Shown here one piece after another: positions 18,037 to 27,890 of a DNA stretch of 64,000 bases (the first letter of the stretch is position 1; every line of letters starts with the position of its first letter). The notes under the pieces are model-generated. The model saw only the letters and a list, made by a program, of their open reading frames with translations. It made no database searches and had not been told where the DNA came from. Source of the stretch: an uncultured Hyphomicrobiales bacterium (lineage in GTDB: Bacteria; Bacteroidota; Ignavibacteria; Kapaibacteriales; UBA2268); NCBI GenBank assembly GCA_964610885.1, contig CAZSWR010000003.1, positions 29,770-93,769 of the forward strand, in the 5' to 3' direction. Both the position numbers and the translations under genes were made by a program.

Positions 18037-20592
18037 CTATCCGACGATGAAATTAATCAGTTTGTTCTTAACGAAAATCACTTTCCGCACCGAGAGGCCT
18101 TCGATGGCTTTGGCCACTTTCTCTTCGCGGCGGGCGAGCGCGTCCACGTCTGATTGCTCCAAATCCGGGGCGAGCGCGATTTTCGATTTGATTTTCGAGT
18201 TCACCTGCACGACGATTTCAATCGTGTTCTTTTTGGTTTTCGCTTCGTCGAATTGGGGCCAGTCTTCGTGGAAAATCGACTGGGAATCGGCGCCCACAAG
18301 CAGGTGCCAAAGCTCTTCGGCGATGTGCGGCGCGAACGGCGCGAGCAGCTTCACGAAGTCCATCATTGCCGATTTGGGGCGCACTTCGAGCGGCGTGAAC
18401 TCATTGACGAATATCATCATCTGCGAAATTGCCGTATTGAAGCCGAGCGAGTCGATGTCTTCACCGATTTTCTTGATTGTCGAGTGCAACACGTATTCCT
18501 GTTCGGGCGCGATTGGGGCGTCCTGCACCTTGGGCGAAAGCGTACCCTCTTCGGTGGCGATCATGCGCCAGGCGCGGTTCAGGAAGCGCGATACGCCTTC
18601 GATTCCCGTTGCCACCCAGGGTTTGTGGTCCTCGAGCGGGCCCATGAACATCTCGAAAATGCGAAGCGAATCGGCTCCGTATTCCTCCACCACGTCGTCC
18701 GGATTGACCACGTTTCCGAGCGATTTGCTCATTTTGCGGCCGTCCTCGCCCAGAATCAATCCCTGATGGAACAGTTTGGCGAAGGGTTCGAGCGTGGAAA
18801 CAAGGCCGTAATCGTAGAGCACTTTGTGCCAGAAACGGGCGTAGAGCAAGTGCAGCACGGCGTGTTCGGCGCCGCCCACGTAGAGATCGACTCCTTTTTC
18901 GCCCATCCAGTATTTTTCTTTGTCCGATCCGACAAACATTTCGTTATTTTGCGGATCGATATAGCGCAAATAGTACCAGCACGAACCGGCCCATTGGGGC
19001 ATCGTATTGGTTTCGTAGCGTGCCTTTTTGCCCGTTTTCGGGTCGATGAAATTAATCCAGCTTTCGATGCGTGCCAGTGGCGATTCGCCTGTGCCGGCCG
19101 GGCGGAACTCCACCACGTCGGGCAGGCGTAGCGGCAATTCGTCTTCGTCCAGGGCGCGGCGCGTGCCGTCCTCGAAGAACATGATCGGCATGGGTTCGCC
19201 CCAGTAGCGCTGGCGAGAGAACAGCCAATCGCGAAGTTTGAACTGCACTTTGCCTTTGCCTATGCCTTTCTTTTCGATCCATTCAATAGCGGTTGCGATG
19301 GCAGCGTCAGTGTCCATGCCGTTCCACGAGACCTCATCATTTGCCGAATTGATGGCTATGCCGTCCGCAGTGAAGGCTTGGGCCTGGATGTCGAACTCGG
19401 AGCCGTCCGGCGTGGCCACCACTTGGACGATCGGCAGCGAGAAAGCGCGGGCAAATTCGTGGTCGCGAGTGTCGTGGGCGGGGACGGCCATAATGGCGCC
19501 AGTTCCGTAGTGCGCCAGCACGTAATCGGCGATCATTATCGGAATGGGTTGGCCTGTGGCGGGATTAATCGCGAAGGCGCCGGTATGGACGCCGGTTTTT
19601 TCTTTCGAGAGTTCGGTGCGTTCCAAATCGCTTTTCAGCGAGGCCGTTTTAATATATTCGTCCACTGCGGCGCGGGCGTCGGGCGTGGTGATAACGGCTA
19701 CTGCGGGGTGTTCGGGAGCCAAGACCATGTACGTTGCGCCGAAGAGCGTATCGGCACGGGTCGTGAATACTGTAATTTTTTCGTTGGAAGCGGCCACATC
19801 GAAGCGAATCTCTGCGCCAATACTTTTCCCGATCCAATTTTTCTGCATTTCCTTGGTGGAGTGGGGCCATTCGACCAATTCCAGATCCTCCAATAGCCTT
19901 TCGGCATATTTAGTGATGCGAATCATCCATTGACGCATTGGGCGGCGCTCCACGGTGTAACCCTTTTCGCGCCACTCGTCCACCTCTTCGTTGGCCAGCA
20001 CGGTGCCAAGCTCTTCGCACCAGTTGACGGGAATCATGGCGATATACGAGAGGCGTTGGCTGTCGCGATATTCTTCGATTTCCTTGGCGTCGGTAATCTC
20101 GGCCGGAATCGGCAATTCGTCGATTGGGCGGGCGCGGCGAAGCGTTTCGTCGTACCACGAGTTATAGATCTTGAGGAACATCCACTGAGTCCACTTGTAG
20201 TATTCCGGCTCGGTTGTGTTGATTTCCCGCTCCCAATCGTAGCCAAGGCCGAGCATTTTCAGTTGGTAGCGAAACACTCCGATATTGATATTGGTGGCGT
20301 CCACGGGGTGGATACCTTTCGTCATGCAATATCTTTCGGTTGGCAATCCAAAGGCATCGAAGCCCATGGGATGCAGCACGTTGAAACCTTTCATGCGTTT
20401 GTAGCGCCCGATGATATCTGTGGCCGTATAGCCCTCGGGGTGGCCTATGTGCAGCCCTGCGCCGCTCGGATAGGGGAACATATCAAGTATGAAGTATTTC
20501 GGTTTGGTTGGGTCTTCGCCCGTGCGGTTGGTGGCGTTTTCGTCCCAGTATTTGTGCCACTTTTTCTCAATTTGTTTGAATGGATAAGCCAT
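18037..20592 (-). CDS. leuS: leucine--tRNA ligase
   Basis: 851 aa with the class I HIGH (LHIGHPEGY) and KMSKS (RKMSKSLGN) motifs and a LeuRS-type CP1 insertion. Confidence 0.97.
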   Translation of the reverse strand: MAYPFKQIEKKWHKYWDENATNRTGEDPTKPKYFILDMFPYPSGAGLHIGHPEGYTATDIIGRYKRMKGFNVLHPMGFDAFGLPTERYCMTKGIHPVDATNINIGVFRYQLKMLGLGYDWEREINTTEPEYYKWTQWMFLKIYNSWYDETLRRARPIDELPIPAEITDAKEIEEYRDSQRLSYIAMIPVNWCEELGTVLANEEVDEWREKGYTVERRPMRQWMIRITKYAERLLEDLELVEWPHSTKEMQKNWIGKSIGAEIRFDVAASNEKITVFTTRADTLFGATYMVLAPEHPAVAVITTPDARAAVDEYIKTASLKSDLERTELSKEKTGVHTGAFAINPATGQPIPIMIADYVLAHYGTGAIMAVPAHDTRDHEFARAFSLPIVQVVATPDGSEFDIQAQAFTADGIAINSANDEVSWNGMDTDAAIATAIEWIEKKGIGKGKVQFKLRDWLFSRQRYWGEPMPIMFFEDGTRRALDEDELPLRLPDVVEFRPAGTGESPLARIESWINFIDPKTGKKARYETNTMPQWAGSCWYYLRYIDPQNNEMFVGSDKEKYWMGEKGVDLYVGGAEHAVLHLLYARFWHKVLYDYGLVSTLEPFAKLFHQGLILGEDGRKMSKSLGNVVNPDDVVEEYGADSLRIFEMFMGPLEDHKPWVATGIEGVSRFLNRAWRMIATEEGTLSPKVQDAPIAPEQEYVLHSTIKKIGEDIDSLGFNTAISQMMIFVNEFTPLEVRPKSAMMDFVKLLAPFAPHIAEELWHLLVGADSQSIFHEDWPQFDEAKTKKNTIEIVVQVNSKIKSKIALAPDLEQSDVDALARREEKVAKAIEGLSVRKVIFVKNKLINFIVG

Positions 20593-21185
20593 TGTGTCTC
20601 GCGTGGATATTTATAATTAAGTCAAAATAATAAACGTAAATAATGCTTCCGATAAAGCAATTACAAAAATACAAAAAAATCGACAAACCCGGCCTTATGT
20701 AATATGGATGCGAGACGACCAGCAGCGCGCGATTACGCGAATTTCGCAATTCAGGATGGAGCATCGAAGCCATGAATCGTAATACTAAGGCGAATATGTG
20801 CTTATCAAATATGATCGGAAATGAATTCATGCTCATCTTCCATTTCGCCATTGCGCTGCTCATGAAAAACAAGTGGCAGATGCCACCTGAATTGTGCCAT
20901 CCTTTCCCACTGCCCAATTCCTTGCCAACTCTCTAATATTCACGAGCATAAAATAGATTTACGGCACATACATCATTAGTATTATTTAGCTGTGAATTAT
21001 TGGGGGGGATAATTGAGCTGAGCAAAATTGATACTTGGGCAGGGCAGGAGGAGCAAGAAAAAAATCATTTTTTGCCTCCTGACGTGCAGGAGTGAATGCA
21101 AAATAGATTGTGCGCAGCAAGTAGCGTTGCAAGCTGTGCCGCTATCTTTTATTTGTGATTTTCCATCATTATTTTTGGAGTATCT

Positions 21186-22223
21186 ATGAAAAAAACAGTG
21201 CTGTTTCTGATTCTGTCTTTGATTATTGCGAATGTGGCCGAGCGATTGGAGGCTTGCACCAAAGTTACCTACACCGGCCCGAACAAGACCGTACTCACCG
21301 CCCGTTCGATGGATTGGAAGTCCGACTTAAGGACAAATATATGGGCATTCCCGAAAGGAATCGAAAGGAATGGCGCCACAGGGCCGAACACAATTAAATG
21401 GAAATCGAAATACAGCAACGTAATCGCCACAGCATACGACGTCTGCACCACCGACGGCATCAACGAAATGGGTTTGGTCGCGAATTTGCTTTGGTTGGCC
21501 GAATCCAAATTCCCGGAATGGGACAGCAAAAAACCGAGCTTGAGCATAGCAGCTTGGGCGCAATACGTGTTGGACAATTTTGCGACTGTCGATGAGGCTG
21601 CCCGAGATCTTGCCCAAGAGCGCTTCGTGGTCGTTACGGCAAACCTGCCCCAGGAAACAAGGTTGGCTACGCTTCATTTGTCGATTTCCGACGCCACGGG
21701 AGACAATGCAATTTTCGAGTATATCGACGGCAAACTGACGATACACCACTCCGAGCAGTTCAAGGTGATGACCAACTCGCCAATCTTCGACAAACAAATT
21801 GCTATTAACGAGTATTGGTCGCAGGTCGGTTCCAAAATGCTGCCCGGCACCAATCGCGCCGCCGACAGGTTCGCCAGGGCTTCGTTCTACAACGACAGTA
21901 TCAAAAAAACAGACGACATCGATTCGGCCCTGGCCATCGTTTTCAGCATAATTCGCAATTGTTCGGTGCCTTTCAGCATGCTCACCGAGGGGCAGCCCAA
22001 TATTTCTACTACAATCTGGAGGACGGTGGCCGACCATAAGAACAAGACTTACTACTTCGAGTCGTCGTTCGGGCTGAATCTCCTGTGGGTCGATCTGAAG
22101 AAGCTCGAGTTTGCTCCCGGCAAGGCATTGAAGCTCGTCTTAACGGGCAAGGAGCGGATTTCCGGCAGCGCCGAGAGCCGCATGGTTCCTGCCGTACCTT
22201 TCCGATTTGCAGGAATTGAGTGA
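21186..22223 (+). CDS. choloylglycine hydrolase / linear amide C-N hydrolase (Ntn) family protein
   Basis: 345 aa. The signal peptide ends ...AERLEA|CTKVTYTG, placing the Ntn nucleophile Cys at the mature N-terminus; TARSMDW follows. Confidence 0.8.
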   Translation: MKKTVLFLILSLIIANVAERLEACTKVTYTGPNKTVLTARSMDWKSDLRTNIWAFPKGIERNGATGPNTIKWKSKYSNVIATAYDVCTTDGINEMGLVANLLWLAESKFPEWDSKKPSLSIAAWAQYVLDNFATVDEAARDLAQERFVVVTANLPQETRLATLHLSISDATGDNAIFEYIDGKLTIHHSEQFKVMTNSPIFDKQIAINEYWSQVGSKMLPGTNRAADRFARASFYNDSIKKTDDIDSALAIVFSIIRNCSVPFSMLTEGQPNISTTIWRTVADHKNKTYYFESSFGLNLLWVDLKKLEFAPGKALKLVLTGKERISGSAESRMVPAVPFRFAGIE

Positions 22224-22287
22224 GAGAGCGAGTGAATAATTGGTTTCTATCCATTGCCTGTATCGCAGTAAGTTATTGATATACCAG

Positions 22288-22400
22288 CAAATCCCCCAAC
22301 CCTGCTTTGTCAAAGGGGGCTTAAAAAACAATTATTATGACACTAAATTTATATTTAGGTGGATTCTTATCCCCCTCTAAAAAGCAGGGGTTAGGGGGTG
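22288..22400. repeat. family 4: two inverted copies 48 bp apart (MITE-like)
   Basis: Left copy is caaatcccccaaccctgctttgtcaaagggggc (22288-22320). Right copy is atccccctctaaaaagcaggggttagggggtg (22369-22400). Confidence 0.75.
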
Positions 22401-22569
22401 TGTAGCACAATGAGACATACACGCGGAGTTTAAAAAGAATAGTTGCAACATCTTTGTTGTTGGACGGTACTTACGGAAAGCGTTATAGAGATAAAAATAT
22501 TTCCATTCTGAGTGCGTCAAATTTGTTTGGTAAAAATTTTATGTTGGACAATCAAATACAAGGCAAGAC

Positions 22570-24417
22570 ATGAGCGAAAAAACAAGTTTCGAATTCAGAG
22601 CAGAAATGAAACAATTGCTTAACCTGATCATCCATTCGCTTTATACGCACCCCGAGGTGTTCCTTCGCGAATTGGTTTCCAACTCTTCCGATGCGCTAAA
22701 CAAAGTCCGATTCCGCCGGCTGACCGACCCGAACATCGCCGACCCCGAGCTTGAGCTTAACATTAAAATTACTGCCGACAAAGAGCAGGGCATCTTCGCA
22801 ATCGAAGACTCCGGCTGCGGCATGACTCGCGAGGACTTGGTGAACCAAATCGGGACTATCGCGCAGAGCGGTACGCTACAATTCCTCTCGAAGCTGAAAG
22901 AAGAACAAAAATCACTGGACGGCAACCTTATCGGCCAGTTCGGCGTCGGGTTCTACTCCGTCTTCATGGTTACCGACGAGGTTACAATCGAAACCAGGGC
23001 GGCAGACCCGGACTCGAAGTCCTGGCGGTGGAATTCGCGCGGCGAGGACAGCTTCACCATCGAGGAAATCGATGCGCGCCCCCGCGGCACTCGCATTTCG
23101 TTCAAGCTCAAGGACGAATACCAAGAGTTCTACGAAGACTATCGCATCAAAAGCACGATCAAGAAATACTCCAATTTCGTCGATTTCCCGGTTTTCGTGG
23201 GCGGAGAGGAAGTCAATAAAGTTACGGCACTATGGCACCGCAAGAAAGAGGACATCACGGACGAAGAGCTGAACGAGTTCTATAAATTCCTTACGAACGA
23301 TTTTTCCGAACCGATGGGCCACGTGCAGCTGAACATCGAGGGGAACCTCAATTTCAAAGGCCTGCTTTTTATCCCGAAATCCGCACCGCCGATGATGTTC
23401 CGCGAATCGCACGAAAAGACATTGCACCTGTACTCGAACAAGGTTTTCATCCAAGACGACGCCAAAGAACTGCTGCCGGACTACTTGAAATTCGTCAAAG
23501 GCGTGGTCGATACCGAAGATCTTCCGCTGAACGTCTCGCGCGAGGTAACGCAGAATTCGCCCCTCATGGGCAAAATCAGGAACGTGGTTACCGGGAAAAT
23601 CCTTTCGCTGCTCGAGGAATGGGCCGCGAATGACGCCGAAAAGTATAATACATTTTTCACAAATTTCGGCACTATGTTCAAAATCGGTATAAATTCGGAT
23701 TTCACGCACAAACAACGCATTCTCGAGTTGCTCCGGTTCGAAAGCTCGCGCACCGAACCCGGCAAATACACATCGCTGAAGGACTACGTCTCGCTCATGC
23801 AACCCGAGCAGAAGGAAATATACTACATCCTGGGCGACAGCCGCGAGAAGTTGGAACGCAATCCCAACCTGGAATACTTCAAAAAGCAGAATATCGAAGT
23901 AATCTTCCTGACCGACCCTGTGGACGTCTTCACGATTCCTTACGTCCACGAATACGAAGGCAAACAACTGAAGTCCATCGACAAATCGGATATCGACATC
24001 CCGAAGGACAGCGCACCCACGGACAGCTTGGCGCCGGAGATGTCTCGGTCGATCATCGATGCATTCAAGTCCGCACTGGGCGACCGAGTGGAGGACGTGG
24101 TCGAATCGCAACGTTTGGTCAGTTCGCCGGTTACGCTCGTCGGCTCGAAGAACGCACCGGACGCGCAGATGGAAAAAATGATGCAAATACTCGACAAGGA
24201 CTTCACGGCATCGAAGAAAGTCCTCGAGGTCAACATGGGCCACGAAATTATCAAGAGCTTAGCAAAAATATCACTTTCGGATCCGTCGGATCCAAGGATT
24301 GGCCGCTCGGCGCTCCAGCTTTTCGAAAGCGCATTGCTTCTGGACGGGCAGCTGCGCTCGCCATCGGATTTCGTCAGCCGAATGAATGAAATTCTGGCCG
24401 ACGAGCTGAAGAAATAG
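22570..24417 (+). CDS. htpG: molecular chaperone HtpG (Hsp90)
   Basis: 615 aa with GHKL N-domain motifs FLRELVSNSSDALNK, EDSGCGMT and IGQFGVGFYS. Confidence 0.97.
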   Translation: MSEKTSFEFRAEMKQLLNLIIHSLYTHPEVFLRELVSNSSDALNKVRFRRLTDPNIADPELELNIKITADKEQGIFAIEDSGCGMTREDLVNQIGTIAQSGTLQFLSKLKEEQKSLDGNLIGQFGVGFYSVFMVTDEVTIETRAADPDSKSWRWNSRGEDSFTIEEIDARPRGTRISFKLKDEYQEFYEDYRIKSTIKKYSNFVDFPVFVGGEEVNKVTALWHRKKEDITDEELNEFYKFLTNDFSEPMGHVQLNIEGNLNFKGLLFIPKSAPPMMFRESHEKTLHLYSNKVFIQDDAKELLPDYLKFVKGVVDTEDLPLNVSREVTQNSPLMGKIRNVVTGKILSLLEEWAANDAEKYNTFFTNFGTMFKIGINSDFTHKQRILELLRFESSRTEPGKYTSLKDYVSLMQPEQKEIYYILGDSREKLERNPNLEYFKKQNIEVIFLTDPVDVFTIPYVHEYEGKQLKSIDKSDIDIPKDSAPTDSLAPEMSRSIIDAFKSALGDRVEDVVESQRLVSSPVTLVGSKNAPDAQMEKMMQILDKDFTASKKVLEVNMGHEIIKSLAKISLSDPSDPRIGRSALQLFESALLLDGQLRSPSDFVSRMNEILADELKK

Positions 24418-24423
24418 TATAAT

Positions 24424-24775
24424 GGCGTGTTTGGAACCCGCCCTTTGATGTGATGATGTGCTGATGTGATGATGTGCTGATGTGATGATGTGCTGATGTG
24501 ATGATGTGATGATGTGATGATGTGATGATTGACTCTCGTATAGGAAAATGTTGTAGGGGCACGGTATGACATGCCTCTACTCAATGCAGAGTATTTGAAA
24601 TAACCGAATTATATTGAATTCACATGAATATCTAATATTGTTCTATATGAATCATATTCTCGGGCGGGTTTGGAACCCGCCCCTACATTCTTTTCACATT
24701 ATTCAATCAAACCAATCACAGAAATCACACGAATCACAGTTCAGACAAACAACTCATCAGCCAATCATCACGTGA
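24424..24775 (+). repeat. family 7: composite element (8-mer tandem arm, hairpin A, AT spacer, hairpin B, inverted 8-mer arm)
   Basis: Module A is tgtaggggcacggtatgacatgcctctac (24552-24580). Module B is tatatgaatcatattctcgggcgggtttggaacccgcccctaca (24644-24687). The right arm has aatcaca units (24713-24775). Confidence 0.8.
24447..24526 (+). repeat. perfect-period 8-bp tandem repeat, 10 units (GATGTGAT/GATGTGCT)
   Basis: gatgtgat gatgtgct x3, then gatgtgat x4, followed by gattgact. Confidence 0.95.
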
Positions 24776-24776
24776 A

Positions 24777-26036
24777 TTATCTCTTGGGTTGTATGTTGAG
24801 CATTTTGGGGCGCATGATCGCCTTTTCTACTGATTTGCCGTATGCCTTCGGGGCCAGGTATTTGCCTTTTTCTGATTGTGGCTTCTCGGATTCGACGACG
24901 ATTCTGTTCTGCTCGGCCCAAGCGTCGCGCCTCGTGCCCGTTACCTGCCAGGATACCTTCTGGCCTGGTTTGCCGCCGGAAATTGTGAAGCGGTTGTTTG
25001 CGATTTCCTCGGCCACATAGACAGGCGCCCACGCGCCAATAGAAGTGAGTTGGTAGCGATAGTCCTTGTTCAAAGCGGCGAACCAATCGGGCAGTACAAC
25101 AGTTGCCGAACCGTCGTCGCCGAGCACTGCGATGCCGTCGTAGAGGTTTTTCATGTCGGGCGATTCGACAAATGAGTGCGCAAGGTATTTGTTTTCGGGG
25201 TCCAGAGGATGGTCGATCTTGAAGCTGCCGCCCAATTTCTCCAAGGTACCAGTTACCACCACGCGGCCCTCGAAATAGGCTGCTTTGTCCGCTCCGCCGA
25301 TGAATCCCCAGTTGCCATTGATGTGTTCTCCGCCCACGGCATAGTTGTCGTTGCCGAGGTAGCCGAAAGTGGGTGCTGTCGGGATACTGTCTCCGTAGAT
25401 ACCGACCACGCCGGCTGTCGTTGTGCCCAAGTATCCTTTGAAGCCCGGATATTCGCCATTGGTGCCTGTTGCGCCGGCATCGTAGGCCCCCAGGGTTCCG
25501 GAATTGCCCGCAAAGGACGAACCAAAAACACCGACGTCGAATCCGCCGAGCACTCCTGTATTGCCCATCGATTTGCCTGTGATGGCGTCGCCTTCGATTA
25601 GGTTTTTAATTTGGAACACTGTCGATGGAGTGGCCGCCGAATCCGCATACGGTAGCGAAATTGATTGCGACATTATCGCCGAGGGGACGGACGAAAGAGC
25701 TATGCGCGGATAGATAATGAAATCAGTTGAGTTCTCCACCTCGAGGTACAACTGTTGGGAGAAATTGACGAATGAAAGCGGAGTAATGCGGCCCAATATG
25801 CTGCTAATCAGTCCATCTTCGATATATGCACTTTGGTTTTCGACCCAAAGCGGAGTGCCGCCGGTTTCGGTGGAAAACAGCCTGTAGATAATACTTTTGT
25901 TCCCCACGAGTGGCGCGCCGGACTGGAGCGTGAACTTCCCTTGGAAATTAATAGTTTGGGGCGCACCGGCTCTCGCTGCAACGAAGCAAAGCACAAACAA
26001 CAAAAGTACAAGTATCTTTTTCATCATTGTCTCCAA
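24777..26036 (-). CDS. hypothetical secreted fibre-like protein with a Gly-rich middle region
   Basis: 419 aa with signal peptide MMKKILVLLLFVLCFVAARA, a Gly/Thr-rich repeat tract (GNTGVLGGFDVGVFGSSFAGNSGTLGAYDAGATGTNG) and a conserved-looking C-domain (FKIDHPLDPENKYLAHSFVESPDMKNLYDG). Function unknown. Confidence 0.6.
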   Translation of the reverse strand: METMMKKILVLLLFVLCFVAARAGAPQTINFQGKFTLQSGAPLVGNKSIIYRLFSTETGGTPLWVENQSAYIEDGLISSILGRITPLSFVNFSQQLYLEVENSTDFIIYPRIALSSVPSAIMSQSISLPYADSAATPSTVFQIKNLIEGDAITGKSMGNTGVLGGFDVGVFGSSFAGNSGTLGAYDAGATGTNGEYPGFKGYLGTTTAGVVGIYGDSIPTAPTFGYLGNDNYAVGGEHINGNWGFIGGADKAAYFEGRVVVTGTLEKLGGSFKIDHPLDPENKYLAHSFVESPDMKNLYDGIAVLGDDGSATVVLPDWFAALNKDYRYQLTSIGAWAPVYVAEEIANNRFTISGGKPGQKVSWQVTGTRRDAWAEQNRIVVESEKPQSEKGKYLAPKAYGKSVEKAIMRPKMLNIQPKR

Positions 26037-26113
26037 AAAGTTATCAATACAACAAGAACGACGAACCCGCCTGGGAGGTTTCGTTTTTTTGATTCAAATA
26101 TATATAAATAGGT

Positions 26114-27631
26114 TTATTCCGGTTTACTAATTATTACTTCGACGCGCCGATTTTTTTCATCGTCGCCCTCGGTTTGGATGCGTTTGCCGTACCAAAGAAC
26201 TTCAATTTTTGCCAAGGGCAGGATTTTTTGAATGTACCGAGACACTTTCCTTGCTCTCTCCTCGGAGAGCTTTTCGTTGAATTCGTCTGTACCGGACGAA
26301 TCAGCATACCCGCGCACTGTGATTTTGCATTCGATGCAATCGGCTTTCTTCATGCCTTCGGTAAGGGCCGCCGCGGTTGCTGCCGAAATCTCGGACGAGG
26401 CGAAATCGAAATACACAGTCGCGGCAATCGCCGATTTAGAAATTGTTCGCGACAGTTTCAGTTTGTAGTCAATGTATTGAGTGCGGGCGATTCCTTCGGT
26501 ATTGATCGAAAATTCTTTCGGATCGAATCCCGGGACGAGCGCGCGGATGTGGGCCGTCTCTCCGGCGGGCAGCACGAAGTAGAATTCCTTATTGCCCGAC
26601 GAGGAGAGGAAGCGGTCGAAACCACGTTTCTGTTTGTAGCTGGCGGTGAATTCCACTTTGCTGCGCAGTTCGGTGGGAGCGCCGGCGGAATCCGCCTCGA
26701 TCGAGCCGCGAAGCACGACGTAGGGCAGCGGTTGAAGCTCGGCCGGAAGAGCCACGCGGTAGAATCCGGAACGTTTCTCCGTTGTATCGTAGGAGTTGAT
26801 TATTGCCGTGTCGCCAAGCGGAAACAGGCAAATCCCATTGTCATTCTCTATTGAATTGATTGGGCCGAACGAAACCGGCTCGGTCCAATTGAGCCACGTG
26901 TCGTCCGTGCGGCGGGACATGTACAAATCGAATTTCCCCGAGCCGCCGGGCCTTTCGGACGAAAAATAGAGAGTGCGGCCGTCCGGGGCGATGTACGGAG
27001 AGCCTTCGGCTTGCGGGCTGTTTATACGGCTGCCGAGGTTCTTCGGGGCCGACCAAATGCCCTTCGATTCGTCCAATTGCGAGAAATACAGGTCGTGGCC
27101 GCCCAAGGTAGAATCGCCTTTGAAGCAGAGAATCAGCGTCCGCATGTCCGGCGACAGGGTGGCATAGAACGAATTCGAATAGTTCCTGTAGCTTTCGATC
27201 AAGAGCGGGACAGCGTTCTGAAATTTGAAATTCTGGATTTCGGCGATCGAATACCCATCGATTTTGCGGTTGGTAACGGAATCGTATATGCCGTAGATAA
27301 GCGCATGGCTCATGTCCGGCGAAAGCGAAAAAACGACGTCGGAGAACCGGGTGTTGTCGCCCGGCGCCATGCGGTATGGATACGACCAGATCGAATCGAA
27401 GCTGCGGATCGAGTACCAAATATCGTCTTCGTCTTTGGTGCCGCCCACGTTTTCGATGCTCCATTTCCTGTCGAAATATAGCACTTTGCCATCGATCGAA
27501 AGCACGGGCACGATGGCCGGCTGGTAACTATTGACTGATTGCGGAAGGCGCTGCTTTTCGGCAAGTGTCGGGCAGGCGCACGCCGCCATGATGGCAATAG
27601 TTATGCAGAGCGTTAGAATGTTCTTTTTCAT
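26114..27631 (-). CDS. OmpA-family protein with TolB-like (PD40) beta-propeller repeats
   Basis: C-terminal OmpA domain (VRGYADSSGTDEFNEKLSEERARKV...NRRVEV). PD40-like repeats (DGKVLYFDR, PDGRTLYFSSERPGG). The ATG at 27631 (MKKNILTL...) is preferred over the track start at 27658. Confidence 0.8.
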   Translation of the reverse strand: MKKNILTLCITIAIMAACACPTLAEKQRLPQSVNSYQPAIVPVLSIDGKVLYFDRKWSIENVGGTKDEDDIWYSIRSFDSIWSYPYRMAPGDNTRFSDVVFSLSPDMSHALIYGIYDSVTNRKIDGYSIAEIQNFKFQNAVPLLIESYRNYSNSFYATLSPDMRTLILCFKGDSTLGGHDLYFSQLDESKGIWSAPKNLGSRINSPQAEGSPYIAPDGRTLYFSSERPGGSGKFDLYMSRRTDDTWLNWTEPVSFGPINSIENDNGICLFPLGDTAIINSYDTTEKRSGFYRVALPAELQPLPYVVLRGSIEADSAGAPTELRSKVEFTASYKQKRGFDRFLSSSGNKEFYFVLPAGETAHIRALVPGFDPKEFSINTEGIARTQYIDYKLKLSRTISKSAIAATVYFDFASSEISAATAAALTEGMKKADCIECKITVRGYADSSGTDEFNEKLSEERARKVSRYIQKILPLAKIEVLWYGKRIQTEGDDEKNRRVEVIISKPE

Positions 27632-27753
27632 ACAAGGGCAAAATTCCAATTTCAACATGACTGCAATTTAACAGTTCAAGACGAAAAAAAAGAATTTTTG
27701 TTCTGTGCGGCGGTGCGATAATTGCGTTTTGTTTGATTGGCGAGGGAAAACGA

Positions 27754-27890
27754 AGGGACTGTCTCAAATGTGTCATTCTGAACGTAGTGAAGAATCCATG
27801 CCATTCATAAGTACTTGCTAATAATGGATGTTTCACTTCGCTCAACATGACAATAAAACAGTTTTTCGGGCTTTTGAGACAGCCCCCTAC
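27754..27890 (-). repeat. family 2: ~137-bp element with GGGGCTGTCTCAAAAG TIRs and an inner 26-bp inverted repeat
   Basis: About 90% identical by eye to the reverse complement of 57439-57575. Its terminal CTAC...GTAG contains the stop codon of the gene at 27887. Confidence 0.85.

Noticed and set aside
23940-24584. A 214-aa ORF with striking His-rich repeats (HHHIITSSHHHISTSSHQHIITSAHHHI).
   Set aside because: The His-rich part is simply the minus-strand translation of the 8-bp tandem repeat, and the rest is antisense to the htpG 3' end. It is not a gene.
24424-24775. Repeated hairpins and tandem repeats as a possible CRISPR array.
   Set aside because: There is no regular repeat-spacer periodicity in the 25-40 bp range, the units are 8 bp with no spacers, and no cas genes are present.
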